Below are positions 58,643-64,000 of a stretch of DNA of 64,000 nucleotides, in pieces. Both the position numbers and the translations under genes were made by a program. The notes under the pieces were generated by a model. It saw nothing but the letters and a program-made list of their open reading frames with translations. It made no database searches and was not told the origin of the DNA. The stretch is from NCBI RefSeq assembly GCF_009914755.1, contig NC_060926.1, one strand, 5' to 3'. This DNA is from the human T2T-CHM13v2.0 reference genome, Homo sapiens. How positions within the stretch are numbered: the stretch's first letter is position 1; each line of letters opens with the position of its first letter.

Positions 58643-60586
58643 CACCTTTCCAGCTGGATGCCGAGTTGGAGAGGCAGCAAAGGCACCTTAGAAAGCCCAG
58701 CCTGCTGTTTGGTGTGACCCCCATGAGGGGTTCCATCAGTAATTTTGCCTTGTTCTAGTAGCCACCTGGTATCTGCAGGGCTAGGGGAGGACAGGAGTCA
58801 GACTGTTCTCACAAATCTGGGGTTCCAGGGCCACAGTCACCGAACAGCGAAGCTCATTCTGAGAGCCTCCTGGTGCTCTGTGTCATGCTTTGGGGCAGAG
58901 GGTAACCTCTGAGGCCCATTCCAGCCTCTCTGAATGCACAGCCTTTGTCTACTCTTAGCACTACCTCCTCAACCTTCCCCACCCCCATCCCCGGCCTCAC
59001 TAGAAAGGAAGGAGCCCGGCACCTGGATGACATCCTTGGTGCCACAGGAGGGAAATGTCACAGCCCTATTCTGAGGCTGGGGGTGAAGAGGAATCCTCTG
59101 TTTGAAACAGAGGATTTGGGTCTGCGACAGGGGTGAACAGTTTGATGACCATTTGAACTTCACCTGACCTTGTCCCCTGATTCACCCGTTCAGCTGTTGG
59201 GATCTGCCAACTAGCTATGCTCTTCTGGGTCTTTGACTGGTAACCTTTCATACACAGTTAGCAGTACTGGCCCTGGAATGCGGACATCTGGCCAGGGCCA
59301 TATGCACTAGTATCTGTTTAGGTTCCATTCAGCCATCAGTTCCATGTAGTTTCTCATTCTCTGTTTCAGCTCAAACCCAGTCTTCCCCAAATATTTTTTT
59401 AACACTTACTGTGTGCAGAATACTTGGCTAATCTCTATTGTGAACAGAGCTGATGACCAGGCACTTGGTAGGCAGCTGGCACTTTGTAAAGACTTAGCAA
59501 ATTGAGTCCCAGGAGTTCTGGAGTTCACATGGCCAGGAAAAGAAAATGTAACCATGCTGGGTCAAGAGACAGGTGTTGTCTTTCTCAGGGGTCTCAGGGT
59601 GAAAAGAGAGGAAAATCTGAACCCTTTTGTGCTTGCCGTAAGCCTGCCTCTCCCTTTTGGTAAGTGACAGCCTGGAAAGGCAGGCATCTTCCAGGCTCTT
59701 TTTCCTGTTGGAACATAGGGATTTATTTATTCAGTGATCATTTCTTGAGCACCTTCTATGCACCACACATTGTGCTGGTACAGGGATAATGAAGCCTGTC
59801 TCCCTCACCAGCCTCATTAGAAGCTGCACGGACTGAGTAAGGTAAAGGAAGGGCTCCGCGAAACGTGTAGCACTGCCTGCTGCCACCTAGGGGACTGGGG
59901 AGCTTGCCAGCCGCTTGCACATCCCACCCAGAGGCTCCCCTAAGATGAACCGTGTCCTTGACCCATCATCACACCCACATCTGTCTTTCTGTTCCTGGCC
60001 AACCAGGCTTTACTTGACTTGGAATAAATGGCTTCCTGGCTTCTCCCCACGCAGGCTGTTTCTGGGCCAGGGTTTGTTTGAGGCCCTGTTTGGATATTGT
60101 TAAAAGTGGGCAGCTTTGCTCAGAAAGGTCAGCATGAGAGACAAGAACAAAGAGATCTTTCAAGCTGGCCTCTGGCAGGGCAGCCAGCAATGGCTCGGAA
60201 AAGCCCCAGCTCCACCTGGCACTGGCAGCTTCAGAGCTGGGACGGGATTGCTCAGGCTCATGGCCATCTGCAGAGCCCTGGAGAAGCCCCGTGTGCTTTC
60301 TCATTTCTCAGAGGAGTAAGCTGAGGCAGAGGGGCATTCTCAGGTCAGTGTTAGCTGGGACCCCAGATCTCTCCCTGTACAGCCCTGGCCACTGGGACCT
60401 CTCTATTTTTTTTTTTTTTTTTCTTGAAGGACATTCAATAAAAATTGGGATTTACCCAAAACATGCCTGAGGGTGATTATTTGGTTTGCAAAAGAATTCC
60501 TGGGAGCTTACATGCTAGAGTAAAAAGACACAGCTTTTAGATACAGAATCTTAAGATGCATAATGTGCAGTCCTGATTCTTTAATT

Positions 60587-60645
60587 GCGTGTGTGTGTGT
60601 GTGTGCATCTGTGTGTGTGTGTGTGTGTGCATCTGTGTGTGTGTG
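60587..60645. repeat. Compound (GT)n microsatellite with repeated GCATCT interruptions
   Basis: Read directly. Confidence 0.95.
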
Positions 60646-61619
60646 TTTTGGAGGGGAGTCTGCATTTCTCCCAAGCTTCCAGGTAATGCCACTCTGCTGG
60701 TCCAAGAGCGTTGATGATGTAAAGGCTAAAGGCTGAGCTCATTTGGCAATGCAGAGAGAGGACAGTCCTTGCGGTGGAGTGGGAAGAAGGGGCCACAGTC
60801 ATTCTTGGCTTTGGCCTCTTGGTAGCAGGTGCCAGGACCTGCCGGCCCCCTGTAGGCCACAGGGCCCTAGGCAGCCCCGGGGTCCAGCCCTCTTCAGCCT
60901 GCTGCTGTTGGGCCCAGCTGCCAGGGTTGTCCTAGACTGATGTCCCAGAATCAGCCAGTTCTTTTCTCTTCCTGGAGCTCGTTGAGGTCTGTCCTTTTAC
61001 TTAGTTTGCTGCAGTCTGTCTTTTTCCTGTCTTCTGGTGGTGGCTGGTGCTGGGCTGTCCCCTTAGCTGGCCTGGCCTGTGGCCTGCTCTCCAGCTCTGG
61101 GTTATTTCCTGAGACAGAGGCCTCAGTGGAACCGAAGGAGCTTCTTGTGGGGGGCCCGGGCCTGTCCTTGGGCCTGGCTTATCTACCAGGAATCCTGTTC
61201 TTCTGTCCTCTGTGGGGCAGAGGGCTGGTAGGCGGAAGGTGGTCACAAAGCCGAAGGGTCCCTGCAGGCACTTGTGTCCTCTCCCCTACTCATGAGCTCC
61301 CAAACTTCCAAACTTTAACATAAGTCAGAACATAAGTCATATGATCTTCAAGACCCAAATTAGAAGGAGAAAGGAAGAGAATATTTAATGAACCTCTGCT
61401 ACATGCCTGAGTGTGCTTGGGGCCACATGTATGTCATCTTCCTAACAGGACTATGAGGAAATGAAAAGAGACTAGGACTTAGGGAGGCTGCCTCACTTTC
61501 CCAAGATTACAGACTTAGGGACTGGCTGCAAAGCTGGGGTTACTGTGTCAGATTGTCCCTTCTGAAGCCCGACTTCTTGAACTAGGAGAACTAGAAGACC
61601 CCAGGGCATCCCCTAAACC

Positions 61620-62110
<491 letters not shown>

Positions 62111-62137
62111 GGCATTCTTGTCTGAATTATCATTTCT

Positions 62138-62270
62138 GGCCAGGCGTGGTGGTGGCTCATGCCTGTAATCCCAGCACTTTGAGAGGCTGAAGTGGGAGGA
62201 TCACTTTAGTCCAGGAGTTCGAGACCAGGCTGGGCAACATAGCAAGACCTCATCTCTGCAAATAAAATAA
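62138..62270 (+). mobile_element. Alu monomer (FLAM-like)
   Basis: Single left-arm-like unit with A-rich tail. Confidence 0.8.
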
Positions 62271-64000
62271 ATTATCATTTCTTAGAGTGTGGGACAAGTA
62301 CTTCTAGTGACACACAATGTGGTTTTAAGTGATGTGCACACTAACTTTTAAAAAATACTTCTGTTATTTCTAAGGGAAGGTGAGTTATTTACTCACCTTA
62401 AAAGAAGAAGGAAGATATAAGGAAAAGTACGACATAAATAATAATACCGGTGATAGTATTATTAGGACTAATAGTGGTAAACATGGTGAATGAGGTATGC
62501 AGTCTACAGAAGTCTGGGAGACACTGAGCTAAGTGAAGTCTTCATTTTACAGACCTCACCCAGACTTGATGGTCTCTAAGGGGGCTGAGGTTCCCTGTCC
62601 TGCTTGCCACTCCCAAGTTTTCAGAGCACTTGGCAGGCTAGCGAAGGTCATCGTAACTCTGATCCTACCCCAGGAGTCTCCATTCTCAACTCTGAAGACA
62701 AGGGTCCATCTTGCTTGCGTGTCCTGAGGCCAGAGCTTTCCAGAAGGCAAGGGACTTGATCTGCAAAGGTGTCCTTTCATGGCTCCCAGGCCCCAAAGCC
62801 CCCAGGAGCCTGTTTTGTGCATGAAATTGAAGAAGGGGCTTATGTAACTTTCTTGGCTGCCAGCTTTGGCTCTTCACCCTCTGTGATCTTAATTTTTCTG
62901 AATTCGCCAGCCCAGCAGCCTCTGCTTTCCCTTGTGTGGTGTGATCCGGGGAACCCCCTGAGTGGATGAGCAGGGCAGCCCTTACACTTTCCTGAGCATG
63001 TGCTACGTGGCAGGAGCTGCTGGGTGGAGCTTTAGAAACACGGGAGCGATGCGCCTGGCCCTCAGGTGGCCACAGTGTGCGAGGGTCAGACCTGCAGGTA
63101 GAAAATGACCTTGAGTGGTTTTACTTGCTTCAGAAGAGGAATTAACAGGCAGGGCAGCATGGGGAGGGGTCTGGGGAGGCTTCATGGAGGAGGTGACATT
63201 GGAACTTGCTTTTGAAGGATGAAGTGGGGAAAGGCCACGTAAGGCAGTGGAAGAAGCCAGTGCCGAGACTTGATATAGGGGACTGCGGTCATTCAGAAAG
63301 GACTTGCTTGAGTGCTGGGGGCTGAGGTGGGAGAAAGGTGAGGGGCAGGCCCCACAGCCTCAGGAAGCTACGCTGAGGGCTTATTCTGTGAGCCCTGGGG
63401 CCACTGTAGGGCTGGACTTGAGAGGATCCAGGTGACCTTCCTGCATCCACTAGACCCCCAAGGCGCAGTGGGAGCAGTTTTTCACATTGTGGGCCACAGC
63501 CTGTTAGTGGGAATGCAAGATCTATTTAGTGGGCTGCAGCCAGCATGTTACAAAATGGGGGTAGAGGTAGAAGGAAAATGGAAAACCTCAGTGTTGATTG
63601 CACATAGGAGAGATGGGTATTTTGTCGAGAAACTTCGGTTTTATGTCAGGGAAGTGTATGTGGGTAATGGGTTGCCATGTAAGATGTATTTGTCACTATG
63701 GCTCACACTTTTAAAAGCTTGAAAACTATTTCAAGGCACAGAGGCTGACTGAAAGTGGCGAGACTGGCTGGTGTGGTCATCAAGGCCCAAGGTGAGGCAG
63801 GCCAGCCTGGGGCCATGGTACTGGGGACAGAGAGGGGAGGATGGAATCCAGCATCAATCGGATACAGCAAGTGAAGCTGGAGAATTTGAGACTGACTGAG
63901 GTCAGAAAGTCTGACACCAGCCCAAGGCTCTTAGTCCAAGGTCACACCTTGTTTGAGATACTCAATCTTGGTACCCCTTTGGTGGTAAACCGGAAGCCCA

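Noticed and set aside
56118-61341. Tiny tandem duplications (ttgaaagtc x2 near 56118; aacataagtca x2 near 61317)
   Set aside because: Ordinary slippage products with no sign of function.

Overview
Human (primate) genomic DNA covering the 5' part of TTC7A (tetratricopeptide repeat domain 7A, the PI4KIIIalpha scaffold; chr2p21 from recall). It is recognised from the translated exons. A CpG-island promoter (~11.5-12.65 kb) is followed by coding exons 1-5 on the + strand: 12318-12501, 21140-21303, 27616-27784, 45762-45892 and 49581-49696. All have GT-AG boundaries and join in frame to give 764 nt of CDS; exon 6 lies beyond the window. The rest is intronic or upstream DNA rich in Alu, L1, MIR, MER DNA-transposon and LTR relics. 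Two decayed ERV1-class proviral fragments can still be read as protein: gag-pro-start of pol at ~6.1-10.05 kb (+), and LTR-PBS(Ile)-gag matrix at 43.7-45.5 kb (-). Almost all other ORFs in the track are Alu-derived or chance ORFs. I see no wholly new system. The best leads are: (1) candidate alternative splicing of TTC7A (a 58-nt exon phase-matched to exon 3, an in-frame 129-nt extension of exon 4, an Alu poison exon, and a stop-free exon 2-3 circle); (2) an overlapping uORF and an antisense donor within exon 1; (3) an antisense LTR with a two-way poly(A) hairpin beside exon 4; (4) several local templated duplications and a poly(A)-only retroposition scar. Repeat boundaries and subfamily names are by-eye estimates.
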